35,747 bases of DNA from a virus. The stretch lies in the IMG/VR virus record IMGVR_UViG_3300013883_000001, one strand, 5' to 3'. The notes under the pieces were generated by a model. The model ran no database searches. It was given only the letters and a program-made list of their open reading frames with translations, and was not told the DNA's origin. A program made the position numbers and the translations under genes. Below are positions 6,707-15,180 of the stretch, piece after piece. The stretch's first letter is position 1. Each line of letters begins with the position of its first letter.

Positions 6707-9252
6707 TGGAACCGACCAAGATAAGCCTGGCCAATTTCGGTACTTATAGTCACGAGGAAGTAGACCTGTCAGGCATCCACCTGGCGGTAGTCAGCGGCCC
6801 CAACGGTGCTGGAAAATCCACCCTTTTCACAGACTCCTTACTCTATGCCCTCTTTGGGGCCAGCAGGACAGGCAACCTGGACGATCTGGTCCGCAAAGGC
6901 GAGCAGGACATGACCGTTGAGGTCCAGTTCCTACTCAATGGCCAGGAGTACCGGGTCATGCGGTCCAGGAGCACCAAGGGCAGGGGTAAGTCCGGTCTGG
7001 AGTTGCAGGTTCACAATGGGGATGGATGGCAGTCGCTGTCCGGTTCCAATATCAGGGATACGGAGAAACGCATCCAGGACCTGCTAAAGGTTACCCAGGA
7101 GACGTTCACCAGCTCCTGCCTGATCCTTCAGGGACGCAGCAATGAATTCACGGTTAAGGGGCCGGCGGAACGGAAGAAGGTCCTTGGGGAAATCCTGGGG
7201 CTTGAGGTTTATGACCGGCTGCAGGCGGCAGCCAAGGAAAAGGCCAAGGCCCTGGATGGCGAGATTAAGGCTCTAAAGGACCGGCAGGCGGCCATGGAGG
7301 CCCAACTGGCCGAGGCCGCCGGGCTGGAGGCCAGGAAGACCGAAATTGAGGCGGGCATTGCGGAAAAGACCGCCGCCCTCGCCGCCTTCCAGGAGCAGCT
7401 TGACCAAGTGAAGCGGCAGGAAGCCGAACTGGAGGCCAAGGCAGCCCAATATAATGGCCTGGTCTCCGAGGACGACAAGCTGGAACGGGAAATCGAGGCT
7501 CTGCAGCGGGAACGGGCGGACCTGGAGCAACGAGTGGACAGGGCCAGGAAGATGTTGGCCAGCGAGAAGCAGATCCTTGTCAAGGTTAATGAGTTGGAGC
7601 AGATCAAAGCGCGGATAGCAGTCCTTGAGGCAAAGCTCCCGCGCCTCCAGGCGGTGGCCGATGAGGCCAGGAAGCTGGAAAACCAAAAAGCACAGGCTTC
7701 CCGGACTATTGCGCAGGTAGTTGGGCAAATCAGGGAAATTGAGGCCGTCCTGTCTAACCGTGCAGAGCTGGAAGCGGCGGCGGAGCAATATCAGAAAGCA
7801 ACAGCGGACCTTGAGGCCATCGACGCTATTGGGGAGCGGTGGCTGGTCCTGGACCAGCAGGTAAAAGACGCCCGGCAAAGATGGGAACGGGCCGGCTTCG
7901 AGTTTGGGGCCAGGACCAGGGAACTTGAGAAAGAACTGCAAACACTGAAATCCAAGGCCGCTATGCTCGCCGACAGCGGTTGTATCGACCCCGAAAGGGC
8001 GGCGTGCCGGTTCCTGGCCGACGCCCAGCAAGCTAAATCCCGTATGGTCGAAGTGCAGGCGGAACTGGACGCCCTGGATAAATCGGAAGTGGAGCGCCTG
8101 GAGCAATACTGGCGTGAACTGCAGGCCGAAAGGGACGCCCTTGGTTACGACCCTACCGTTCGGCAGCAGCTGAGAAACCTGGCCACTTCCTTGCGGCATA
8201 AAGCTGAACAGGCGGCGCAATTGGGGGCCAAAGCTGAACTGTTACAGAACCTCAAGCACCAGGAACGGCAGGCAAAAGAAAGTCTGGCCGATATCGAGGC
8301 AAGATATACGGCCCTTGCCGACGAAGGACGCCAGCTACAGGCCGAGCTGAAGGACCTGCAGGCGCTTAAGACTTCTCTCCCCAACCTTGAACGGTGGGCG
8401 GCAGCCAAGGATGAACTGCCGGCAGCTCGCCAAGTGGTGGCCGAGGCGGAAAAACGGTTTGCTTGGTACAAGGAACAAATTGGCGAGCGGACAGCAAGGC
8501 GGGCAGAGATAGCGCGTCAGCTCGAGGAACGGGTTATCTTATGGGCCGAGCAATCAAAACTCGGGAATGAGGCGACATCCCTTAAGGCTAACATCGATGA
8601 GTGCAACCGGGCGCTGTCGGCCCTCCAGCGAGAATTGGGCATGGTCGAGCAACGACTGAAGGCTATTGATGCCCTACGAGCAGAGGCTGAGGACCTGACG
8701 GGCAAGCTGGCACAAATCGCTGCGCTACAAGTGAAGTATCAGACCTTGGTGAGGGCCTTTGGCCGAGATGGCATTCCAGCCTTGATCATCGAGAACGCCA
8801 TTCCAGAGCTGGAGAGCATCACCAATGAAATACTGGGGCGTATGACTTCCAATGGCATGAACCTGCGGTTTGAGACCCAGCGGGAGTTGAAATCGGTTAA
8901 AGGCGCCGTCTCGGAAACACTGGACATCATTATCAGTGACTGGCGTGGAGAACGCCCTTACGAGACATTTAGCGGCGGCGAAAAGTTCAGGATTGACTTC
9001 GCCATCAGGATTGCACTGAGCAAGCTTTTGGCACGGAGAGCTGGGGCGAGCTTGCGGCTGTTGGTCCTGGACGAGGGCATCGGCAGCCAGGATGCTGAAG
9101 GGCGCGAGCGGCTTATGGAGGCTATAGCGGCCATTGAGAAGGACTTCGCGAAAGTTATAGTCATCAGCCACGTCGAGGAAATTAAAGAGGCCTTCCCCAC
9201 TCGAATTGAAGTGGAGCCTGGGCCGGATGGAAGCAAGGTGAGGGTGGCATGA
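6706..9252 (+). CDS. sbcC: Rad50/SbcC-type SMC-like ATPase
   Basis: TAATG junction. Walker A GPNGAGKST, Q-loop LILQG, long coiled coil, signature FSGGEKFR, Walker B LLVLDEG, H-loop VISHV. Confidence 0.9.
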   Translation: MEPTKISLANFGTYSHEEVDLSGIHLAVVSGPNGAGKSTLFTDSLLYALFGASRTGNLDDLVRKGEQDMTVEVQFLLNGQEYRVMRSRSTKGRGKSGLELQVHNGDGWQSLSGSNIRDTEKRIQDLLKVTQETFTSSCLILQGRSNEFTVKGPAERKKVLGEILGLEVYDRLQAAAKEKAKALDGEIKALKDRQAAMEAQLAEAAGLEARKTEIEAGIAEKTAALAAFQEQLDQVKRQEAELEAKAAQYNGLVSEDDKLEREIEALQRERADLEQRVDRARKMLASEKQILVKVNELEQIKARIAVLEAKLPRLQAVADEARKLENQKAQASRTIAQVVGQIREIEAVLSNRAELEAAAEQYQKATADLEAIDAIGERWLVLDQQVKDARQRWERAGFEFGARTRELEKELQTLKSKAAMLADSGCIDPERAACRFLADAQQAKSRMVEVQAELDALDKSEVERLEQYWRELQAERDALGYDPTVRQQLRNLATSLRHKAEQAAQLGAKAELLQNLKHQERQAKESLADIEARYTALADEGRQLQAELKDLQALKTSLPNLERWAAAKDELPAARQVVAEAEKRFAWYKEQIGERTARRAEIARQLEERVILWAEQSKLGNEATSLKANIDECNRALSALQRELGMVEQRLKAIDALRAEAEDLTGKLAQIAALQVKYQTLVRAFGRDGIPALIIENAIPELESITNEILGRMTSNGMNLRFETQRELKSVKGAVSETLDIIISDWRGERPYETFSGGEKFRIDFAIRIALSKLLARRAGASLRLLVLDEGIGSQDAEGRERLMEAIAAIEKDFAKVIVISHVEEIKEAFPTRIEVEPGPDGSKVRVA

Positions 9253-9500
9253 TCAGGATTATTCACGGCAAACACATAGGGGCGTTCGGTTTAATGCCGG
9301 CCGCCCCGGGCACCTGCCCGGAGTGCGCGGTGGATCACCCGCCTGAGTTGCCCCATAACCAGCAGAGCCTGTTCTACCAATACAAATTTTACAATGACCA
9401 CGGTCGGTGGCCGACCTGGGAAGATGCCATGTCCCACTGCAGTGAGGACATGAAGACCATCTGGCGGGAGGAACTGCGAAAGCGGGGTGTAGAGATATGA
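9249..9500 (+). CDS. hypothetical protein with CPEC motif
   Basis: ATGA coupling to sbcC. 83 aa; CPECAVDH...HC. Confidence 0.6.
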   Translation: MIRIIHGKHIGAFGLMPAAPGTCPECAVDHPPELPHNQQSLFYQYKFYNDHGRWPTWEDAMSHCSEDMKTIWREELRKRGVEI

Positions 9501-9889
9501 AAACTGCAATCGAGTGGTGCCCATATTGCGAAAACGAAGTCGAGGTTCATGCAGAGAGTCCTTCTCCTTGCCCGGTTTGCGGGAAGACATTGGTGCCATG
9601 TTCGACTTGCCAAGATAGCCTAAGCCGGCCTCATTTTGGCTGTAATTGGACTAATGAGAGGGGATGCTGGAGATTTAGAAGACCAGATTTGAATATTGAG
9701 TTATACAAATTCACGATCAACGCCATCGAAGCGAAAAGGAAGGCAAGCAAAGGTGAAGTTACGACACTTGAATTTGCTAGGATGGCACAATTGCGCCCCG
9801 ATATATGGTGCGATATTAGGGCGTTCCGCAAAGTAGCTACAACCAAAGAACTAAAAAATATAAAAAACGCTGCGGAGAAGTTGGTATGA
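9497..9889 (+). CDS. Cys-rich zinc-ribbon protein
   Basis: ATGA coupling. CPYC-x15-CPVC, then CSTC and further Cys. The composition switches from GC-rich to AT-rich within this ORF (about 9620..9700). Confidence 0.6.
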   Translation: MKTAIEWCPYCENEVEVHAESPSPCPVCGKTLVPCSTCQDSLSRPHFGCNWTNERGCWRFRRPDLNIELYKFTINAIEAKRKASKGEVTTLEFARMAQLRPDIWCDIRAFRKVATTKELKNIKNAAEKLV

Positions 9890-10026
9890 TTATGATTTTG
9901 CAGTTATTATCCGCTTTACTTGTCTTTTTATCATCTGTAGAAATGTTTTTTGGTAAATACGAACCAGCTATATTCGGTATTCTCTTGGCGATATGGATAA
10001 AACTTGTGCTAAACGATCGAACATGA
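9886..10026 (+). CDS. small membrane protein (46 aa, 2 hydrophobic spans)
   Basis: Hand-translated MIMILQLLSALLVFLSSVEMFFGKYEPAIFGILLAIWIKLVLNDRT. ATGA coupling to the upstream gene. Confidence 0.5.
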   Translation: MIMILQLLSALLVFLSSVEMFFGKYEPAIFGILLAIWIKLVLNDRT

Positions 10027-10027
10027 G

Positions 10028-10246
10028 ATGAGATCCCGGAAGTGGACAACGCTTGAGTGGTCTTGCCCCTACTGCAAACAGAGTATGTTTAGCGCCTACC
10101 CGGCGCGAGATCAGGAGAAAGTGAGGTGCATTCATTGTGGACGGTGGTTTAACAACCCATATCACGAGATTGCTGGTAGATCCCGAGCTGAACGAAGCAC
10201 TAACGGCACTCCAGGTGGCAAAGAACCACCTGGACCAGGCTGTTGA
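10028..10246 (+). CDS. zinc-ribbon mini-protein
   Basis: CPYC-x17-CIHC in the first 40 aa. The tail (RSRAERSTNGTPGGKEPPGPGC) overlaps the next ORF and looks non-coding. Confidence 0.5.
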   Translation: MRSRKWTTLEWSCPYCKQSMFSAYPARDQEKVRCIHCGRWFNNPYHEIAGRSRAERSTNGTPGGKEPPGPGC

Positions 10247-10463
10247 CCAGGACATGGTAGAAGCGGCTTGTTACGAGATTACAGCCGCGGAACTGCGGCT
10301 AAGGGCGATAATCAGGAGGGCCAAAGCGGAAAGGGGTGATATGGTTGATCAAGTGGATGCCAGCAGAAAAAGGCTATTTGAAGATCAAGGTGCAGTGCCC
10401 AGAGTGTGGCCTCATGGTGGCCGGCAAAATAGACATACGGGAAGCGCAGCCAGTTTGGTTTGA
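10137..10463 (+). CDS. hypothetical helical protein (possibly DUF2508-like)
   Basis: GTG 8 nt after GTGAGGTG. DPELNEALTALQVAKNHLDQA...EITAAELRLRAIIRRAK resembles the DUF2508 pattern from memory. The 3' tail overlaps the next ORF. Confidence 0.45.
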   Translation: MDGGLTTHITRLLVDPELNEALTALQVAKNHLDQAVDQDMVEAACYEITAAELRLRAIIRRAKAERGDMVDQVDASRKRLFEDQGAVPRVWPHGGRQNRHTGSAASLV

Positions 10464-10542
10464 CGGACTGGGCTGGCTAACTGCTTTGTTAGCTGTTGCT
10501 ATAGGAGTAGCAGTACTGATTGCCCAGCTGGGTAAATGGTAA
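10336..10542 (+). CDS. tail-anchored membrane protein with CPEC motif
   Basis: KIKVQCPECGLMVAG, then a C-terminal TM span LGWLTALLAVAIGVAVLIAQLG. Start uncertain (GTG 10336, TTG 10345 or ATG 10357). Confidence 0.5.
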   Translation: MIWLIKWMPAEKGYLKIKVQCPECGLMVAGKIDIREAQPVWFDGLGWLTALLAVAIGVAVLIAQLGKW

Positions 10543-11345
10543 GGGTGGTAGGATTGAAACCAATACTCAAATATCCTGGTGCGAAATGGAATTTAGCAAA
10601 ATGGATAATACAACATATGCCTCCACATAAGGTCTACTTAGAACCATTCTTTGGTAGCGGGGCGGTGTTTTTTAATAAGCCTCCTGTTGGGATTGAGACT
10701 ATTAATGATCTCGATGGGAACGTAGTTAATTTATTTAAAGTTATTCGTGACTATCCGGAACAGCTGTCTAATATGATTGAAATGACTCCCTGGGCAAGAG
10801 AAGAATACTATTCCAGTTACAAACCAGCCGACAATGGAATAGAAAAAGCACGAAGATTTTTAGTAAGGTGCTGGCAGGCATACGCAACCAGAACAGGTTG
10901 CAGAACTGGGTGGAGGCATAGTGCTACTGGCTTAGCCCCGAATATGCCCGAGCAATGGAATAAACTTCCGGCTAGAGTATTTAAAGTGGCTGATAGGTTA
11001 AAACATGCACAAATAGAATGCATGGAAGCCCTGAGTTTGATAAAGAAGTATAACTACGACAATGTTTTGATTTATGCTGATCCTCCCTACCTGCTAAATA
11101 CACGCAATCGTGGGATATATGAACACGAAATGACGGATGAACAACACTTGCAATTACTTGAGACATTAAAGAAACATAAAGGGCCAGCGATTGTATCCGG
11201 TTATGAATCGGAGTTATACAACGATGCCTTAAAAGGCTGGCAGGTAATGCGCAAAACAGCGACTACCGAGAAAGGACAGTCAAAAACTGAGGTTATATGG
11301 ATTAACCAAATCGTGTCAAATAATACTGGTTTATGGATGTTATGA
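10536..11345 (+). CDS. dam: DNA N6-adenine methyltransferase, D12/Dam class
   Basis: KYPGAKWNLAKWI, EPFFGSGAVFFNK (AdoMet motif), IYADPPY (catalytic DPPY). Start is ATG 10536 or TTG 10554. Confidence 0.85.
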   Translation: MVRVVGLKPILKYPGAKWNLAKWIIQHMPPHKVYLEPFFGSGAVFFNKPPVGIETINDLDGNVVNLFKVIRDYPEQLSNMIEMTPWAREEYYSSYKPADNGIEKARRFLVRCWQAYATRTGCRTGWRHSATGLAPNMPEQWNKLPARVFKVADRLKHAQIECMEALSLIKKYNYDNVLIYADPPYLLNTRNRGIYEHEMTDEQHLQLLETLKKHKGPAIVSGYESELYNDALKGWQVMRKTATTEKGQSKTEVIWINQIVSNNTGLWML

Positions 11346-11357
11346 GGAGGGATAATC

Positions 11358-11492
11358 GTGAAGCGTGACTGGCAAAAGGACTGGGAGTTATGTCAGAAAG
11401 CTACTAAAGGTAATTGGTTACTAGTGCAGGAGATTGAGAAGAGAGAGCTTTGGGAGAAAGGGGAGCGGGAGTATGCCCAATCGCATAATTAA
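11358..11492 (+). CDS. small hypothetical protein (44 aa)
   Basis: GTG 7 nt after GAGGAGGG. VKRDWQKDWELCQKATKGNWLLVQEIEKRELWEKGEREYAQSHN. Overlaps the next start by 20 nt. Confidence 0.4.
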   Translation: MKRDWQKDWELCQKATKGNWLLVQEIEKRELWEKGEREYAQSHN

Positions 11493-12393
11493 AGAAAGTA
11501 TATGCACAAGTGATAATTTAAACGAACTTACACCTGAGGAGGAGGTTTTTTTCTACCGTCTTTTAGTTAACTGCGATGACTTTGGACGGTTGGATGCCAG
11601 ACCTCAGATTCTATTAGCTAAGTGTTTTCCTTTAAAAATTCATTCTATCACAGTTGAAGATATAGAACAATGGTTACAGGCATTAGTCAAACATGACTTA
11701 GTAATACTCTATGAAGTTGAAGGCAAACAGTATCTGCAGATGGCAACTTGGGATAAACACCAGCAAAAGCGCGCAAAGAATAGCAAATACCCCGCTCTTC
11801 CAGCACATGATAGCGATGCAAGTAATCTGATATCATCTGATATCAAATGCAATCAACTGCAATCAAATGTCCCCGAGAATCGAGAATCGAGAATCGAGAA
11901 TCGAGAATACGAGAATACGAGAATCGAGAATCGAGAAAGTTCTGAGCAACCTGAGCAAAATGAATCTTGTGACGATGTCACGGAACCAGCTGAAAGCAAG
12001 AAAAAAGATTCTAAACCAAAAAGTCAGGGCAAGAAAAACCACAAGTTTAGCGAGGAAGGTAGGGAAATAACAAAATATCTCCAGGAAAAACTGAAGAATG
12101 CCGGAGTAGACCATTTCCCGCGAGACTGGCTCCTGAAAAACTATGCCACAGCAGACCGTTTGCTGAAAACTATACCCAAACATGAGCTGAAAGAGTGTAT
12201 TACCTGGGCTATGGACGACCAGTTTTGGAAAAGTACGATCAATGACCTTCTGGGTGTAGAAAAAGCCTATATGCAGTTCAAGCGGAAAGGGGTGAAGGCT
12301 AATGGAATGCGTTCCCAAAGCATACCAGGACAAGGTAGAAGAGAACTGTATTCGGAGGAAGACAGAGAGAACGCAGCTACTTGGGAGTGGTGA
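11473..12393 (+). CDS. phage replisome organiser / replication initiator-like protein
   Basis: ATG 11473 rather than the track start 11434. IIKESICTSDNLNELTPEEEVFFYRLLVNCDDFGRLDARPQILLAKCFP...ATWDKHQQKR is the N-terminal pattern of Firmicute prophage replication proteins. It precedes a DnaC-like loader. Confidence 0.65.
   Translation: MPNRIIKESICTSDNLNELTPEEEVFFYRLLVNCDDFGRLDARPQILLAKCFPLKIHSITVEDIEQWLQALVKHDLVILYEVEGKQYLQMATWDKHQQKRAKNSKYPALPAHDSDASNLISSDIKCNQLQSNVPENRESRIENREYENTRIENRESSEQPEQNESCDDVTEPAESKKKDSKPKSQGKKNHKFSEEGREITKYLQEKLKNAGVDHFPRDWLLKNYATADRLLKTIPKHELKECITWAMDDQFWKSTINDLLGVEKAYMQFKRKGVKANGMRSQSIPGQGRRELYSEEDRENAATWEW
11874..11937. repeat. tandem heptanucleotide array (CGAGAAT x 8.9, two units with an extra A)
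   Basis: Read directly: units at 11874, 11881, 11888, 11895, 11902, then A+unit at 11910, A+unit at 11918, then 11925, and a partial unit at 11932..11937. Encodes ENRESRIENREYENTRIENRES. Confidence 0.9.
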
Positions 12394-12406
12394 AAGCCTG
12401 CTGGAT

Positions 12407-13291
12407 ATGTTTACTCCTGTTATTCCTGAGCTAGCGAGGATGGAAGCAACAGAAGAAGAGGTGCGCCTAAATCTCCAACTTGGCGGCTGGGATTTATACG
12501 ATGTGTATCAGCACCGAACAGCATGTGCTAATTGCACTTTCACGGATCACGACAGGGAATGCAGTTTCCCCATACAGAAATACAGGTTTATGCGAATTGA
12601 CGTTGGCTTGGTGGTAGAAACAAGGCTGGTAAACAGTTGCAAGGCAAAAGAGGATCCTTACGTTATCGCAAAACGCGAGAAACTGTTGGAGGGTCTAAAA
12701 TTGCCCAAGGAATTTCAGAAAAAAGACTTAGAAAACTACAACCCTAAAAACGACTCCCAAGACCAAGCAGTTGGGAAAAGCAGACAGTACGTGCAAAACT
12801 TTGTAAATCATGCTTTACAGGGCGAAGGCTTGGTTTTTTCAGGCCCTACAGGTACAGGGAAAACACACTTGGCTGTAGGGGTAGCGAAAGAAATTATCCG
12901 AAAATACTTACGTTGGATGGTTTTTATTGATGTAGGAGTATGGGCGCATGATTTTGTTTACGGCAGTAGGAGTTTTGAAGAAAAGAAAAAATCCATAGAC
13001 CGCATGAAAAGAGCAGAGGTCTTAATATTAGACGATTTAGGAGCTGAGCTTGGCCTGTCAAACAAAACAACGGCAATAGGGGCTTTGAATTTGGTTATTA
13101 TGCACCGGTATAACCAAGCAAAGCCAACTATCTGTACTACGAACCTTCCTCCTGAAAAACTAAAGGACTACTTAGGCAAAAGGGCCTGGAGCCGTTTGCA
13201 AGGGAAAAACCTAAATATCCCGCTTATTGGGCAGGATTATCGTATTACGGATAACCCCTGGGCCGATCTGGGCGAACTGGTGGAAATATAA
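12407..13291 (+). CDS. DnaC/IstB-like AAA+ helicase loader
   Basis: Walker A FSGPTGTGKTHLA, Walker B VLILDDLGAE, sensor TICTTNL. ATG 12407 chosen because the track start 12302 lies inside the upstream gene. Confidence 0.8.
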   Translation: MFTPVIPELARMEATEEEVRLNLQLGGWDLYDVYQHRTACANCTFTDHDRECSFPIQKYRFMRIDVGLVVETRLVNSCKAKEDPYVIAKREKLLEGLKLPKEFQKKDLENYNPKNDSQDQAVGKSRQYVQNFVNHALQGEGLVFSGPTGTGKTHLAVGVAKEIIRKYLRWMVFIDVGVWAHDFVYGSRSFEEKKKSIDRMKRAEVLILDDLGAELGLSNKTTAIGALNLVIMHRYNQAKPTICTTNLPPEKLKDYLGKRAWSRLQGKNLNIPLIGQDYRITDNPWADLGELVEI

Positions 13292-13304
13292 GAGGTGACT
13301 GTCG

Positions 13305-14066
13305 GTGCGAGACAAACTTCCTAGCATGTGTATTGAACTAGTTCCCGGCGCAAACACGTATGTAGTGCCGGAAGAGGAACCAGACCCCCAGCCACCGGAA
13401 TGGTTTGTGGACACAAATACCTACTGGAAACGCAGAAACCCAGAAACGGGGAAAGAGGAAATATATAAAATCACGGACATAAAAGGAAATATCCTATGGC
13501 AGAAAGGGGAGGGTGAAGATATGCCAATAAAACCTAGAGATAACAGAGAAGAAAAAATGCCGGAGATAAAAAGGCTCAGAGCCGAAGGCAAGACTCTCAA
13601 AGAAATATCAAGGGAGTTGGACGTACCGTATGCCACGTTGTATATGTGGTTACGGATTGAAGAAGAAGGCAAGACAGGAAACTCGAAAGTACACCCAAAC
13701 AAAGAGGAACTAATTCCGAAAATCCTCAAAATGCGGGAAGAAGGGAAGACAGGAGCTGAGATAGCTAAGGAGCTGAACATACCGGAAGGAACTATCTGGT
13801 CATGGCTGTATGTAGAGAAAAACAAGAAGCAGCAGGCCCAGGAGTCCGAACCGGCTGAGGCTGCCAACCAGGAGCCGGAACAGGAGGAAGAGGAAAAAGA
13901 AGATTATTCTGAGCCTGCTGAGGAAAGTATAGCAGAGGAAATCCCTCCTGTACAGCTAGCGCAGGAACATATACTGGCTAGGGCTAAGGTGCATGTGCAA
14001 AAGGTCATAGAGGACCCGGTTGCCCTGGCCCTCTTGAAAGAGCTTTTACGGCAGGAGGTAATATAA
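13305..14066 (+). CDS. DNA-binding protein with two tandem HTH repeats and an acidic tail
   Basis: GTG 7 nt after AGAGGTGA. Repeats IKRLRAEGKTLKEISRELDVPYATLYMWL and ILKMREEGKTGAEIAKELNIPEGTIWSWL, then an E/Q/P-rich segment. Confidence 0.6.
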   Translation: MRDKLPSMCIELVPGANTYVVPEEEPDPQPPEWFVDTNTYWKRRNPETGKEEIYKITDIKGNILWQKGEGEDMPIKPRDNREEKMPEIKRLRAEGKTLKEISRELDVPYATLYMWLRIEEEGKTGNSKVHPNKEELIPKILKMREEGKTGAEIAKELNIPEGTIWSWLYVEKNKKQQAQESEPAEAANQEPEQEEEEKEDYSEPAEESIAEEIPPVQLAQEHILARAKVHVQKVIEDPVALALLKELLRQEVI

Positions 14067-14105
14067 AAAACACCGCATACTACCTATTCGGAAGAAGGTA
14101 AAGAA

Positions 14106-14834
14106 ATGAAACACATTGTTTCCTATTCAGGCGGAAAAGATAGCACTTATATGCTGATTAAAATGCTAGAAAAGAACATGCCTGTAGACGAAATCATTTT
14201 TATAGATACAGGAATGGAGTTTCAGCAATTGTATGATTATATAGATCGTATTGAAAATTACATAGGACGCAGAATTACACGCCTGAAGCCTAAGAAAACC
14301 TGGGACGACCTGTTCTTTCATAAAAAGACCAGGGGAAAACACGTAGGGCAGATAAACGCTTTCCCTATGGTTAGAACTTGTGATATGTCAAGACAACTGA
14401 AAATTGAAACTGCCAAACGCTATTATCGTTCCATAGCAGACAAGTTTATCGTTTATCTCGGCATAGCGTATAACGAACCTAAGCGGTTCGCAAGGCTTAA
14501 AGACAATGAAAGAGCACCTCTGTACGAATGGAAAATAACAGAGGATTTTGTACTTAAAGAACTCAAGCGTATGGGGTTGCATAATCCCCTCTACGATACT
14601 TTTGACCGCTTGGGTTGTTACACCTACCCCAATATGACTTTAAAGGAACTAAGGCTTATGCGAAAACGATACCCTAAAGAATATTCTAAGTTGTTGTGGT
14701 ATGGCAAGCAGGCGGAAAAGCACGCAATCGAACGTAGGTTTGCAGAGTTCAAACCTGATTGGACGCTATCGGAATTGGAAAAACGCTTCCAGTTGGAAGA
14801 ACAACAGGGAACTTTATTTAGCGAGGTGATATAA
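14106..14834 (+). CDS. PAPS-reductase / PP-loop ATPase family protein
   Basis: N-terminal VSYSGGKDSTYML is the SGGKDS PP-loop. The ~240-aa size is typical of phage PAPS-reductase-like proteins. Confidence 0.75.
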   Translation: MKHIVSYSGGKDSTYMLIKMLEKNMPVDEIIFIDTGMEFQQLYDYIDRIENYIGRRITRLKPKKTWDDLFFHKKTRGKHVGQINAFPMVRTCDMSRQLKIETAKRYYRSIADKFIVYLGIAYNEPKRFARLKDNERAPLYEWKITEDFVLKELKRMGLHNPLYDTFDRLGCYTYPNMTLKELRLMRKRYPKEYSKLLWYGKQAEKHAIERRFAEFKPDWTLSELEKRFQLEEQQGTLFSEVI

Positions 14835-15167
14835 ATGGCACGCAAAAAGCGAGGCAGAGGTGGAAATCGTTATGACGATTCCCTTTACTGGCACTGCATA
14901 CATGCATATGCAGACGATAACTGCTTTAAGACCCCACTGGAGGAACGGACGTGGGTAAGGAAGAAGAAGGGGCGTAAAGTTAAGGTTTATAGAGGGAAAT
15001 TGGCAAATGGCACTATTTGTAAAAAAGAAATCACACTCTGGAAAGTACTGGAATGTGAAAGGTTTAAGAGGGGGAGGAAACATGTTAACGCTGATTGGAA
15101 TCTGTTGTATAGAAGTCCTCTATGGGGGGTTATTTTGAACAAGAAGTTAAGTAAATTGGCAAAGTGA
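14835..15167 (+). CDS. hypothetical basic protein
   Basis: ATG immediately after the upstream TAA. 110 aa, K/R-rich; no motif recognised. Confidence 0.5.
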   Translation: MARKKRGRGGNRYDDSLYWHCIHAYADDNCFKTPLEERTWVRKKKGRKVKVYRGKLANGTICKKEITLWKVLECERFKRGRKHVNADWNLLYRSPLWGVILNKKLSKLAK

Positions 15168-15180
15168 GGAGGGATCCAGG

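Noticed and set aside
7209-8471. Long minus-strand ORFs (for example 7273..8220 at 315 aa, plus 7209..7607 and 8145..8471) inside sbcC
   Set aside because: These are antisense shadows of the Ala/Glu/Leu/Gln-rich coiled-coil region. Their translations are Leu/Pro/Gly/Ser/Phe-rich low-complexity sequence, they lack SD sites, and the sense frame carries complete Rad50/SbcC motifs.
11874-11937. CRISPR-array interpretation of the tandem arrays at 11874..11937 and 16448..16498
   Set aside because: The units are 7 and 11 bp with no unique spacers. They are far too short for CRISPR repeats, and one array is coding.
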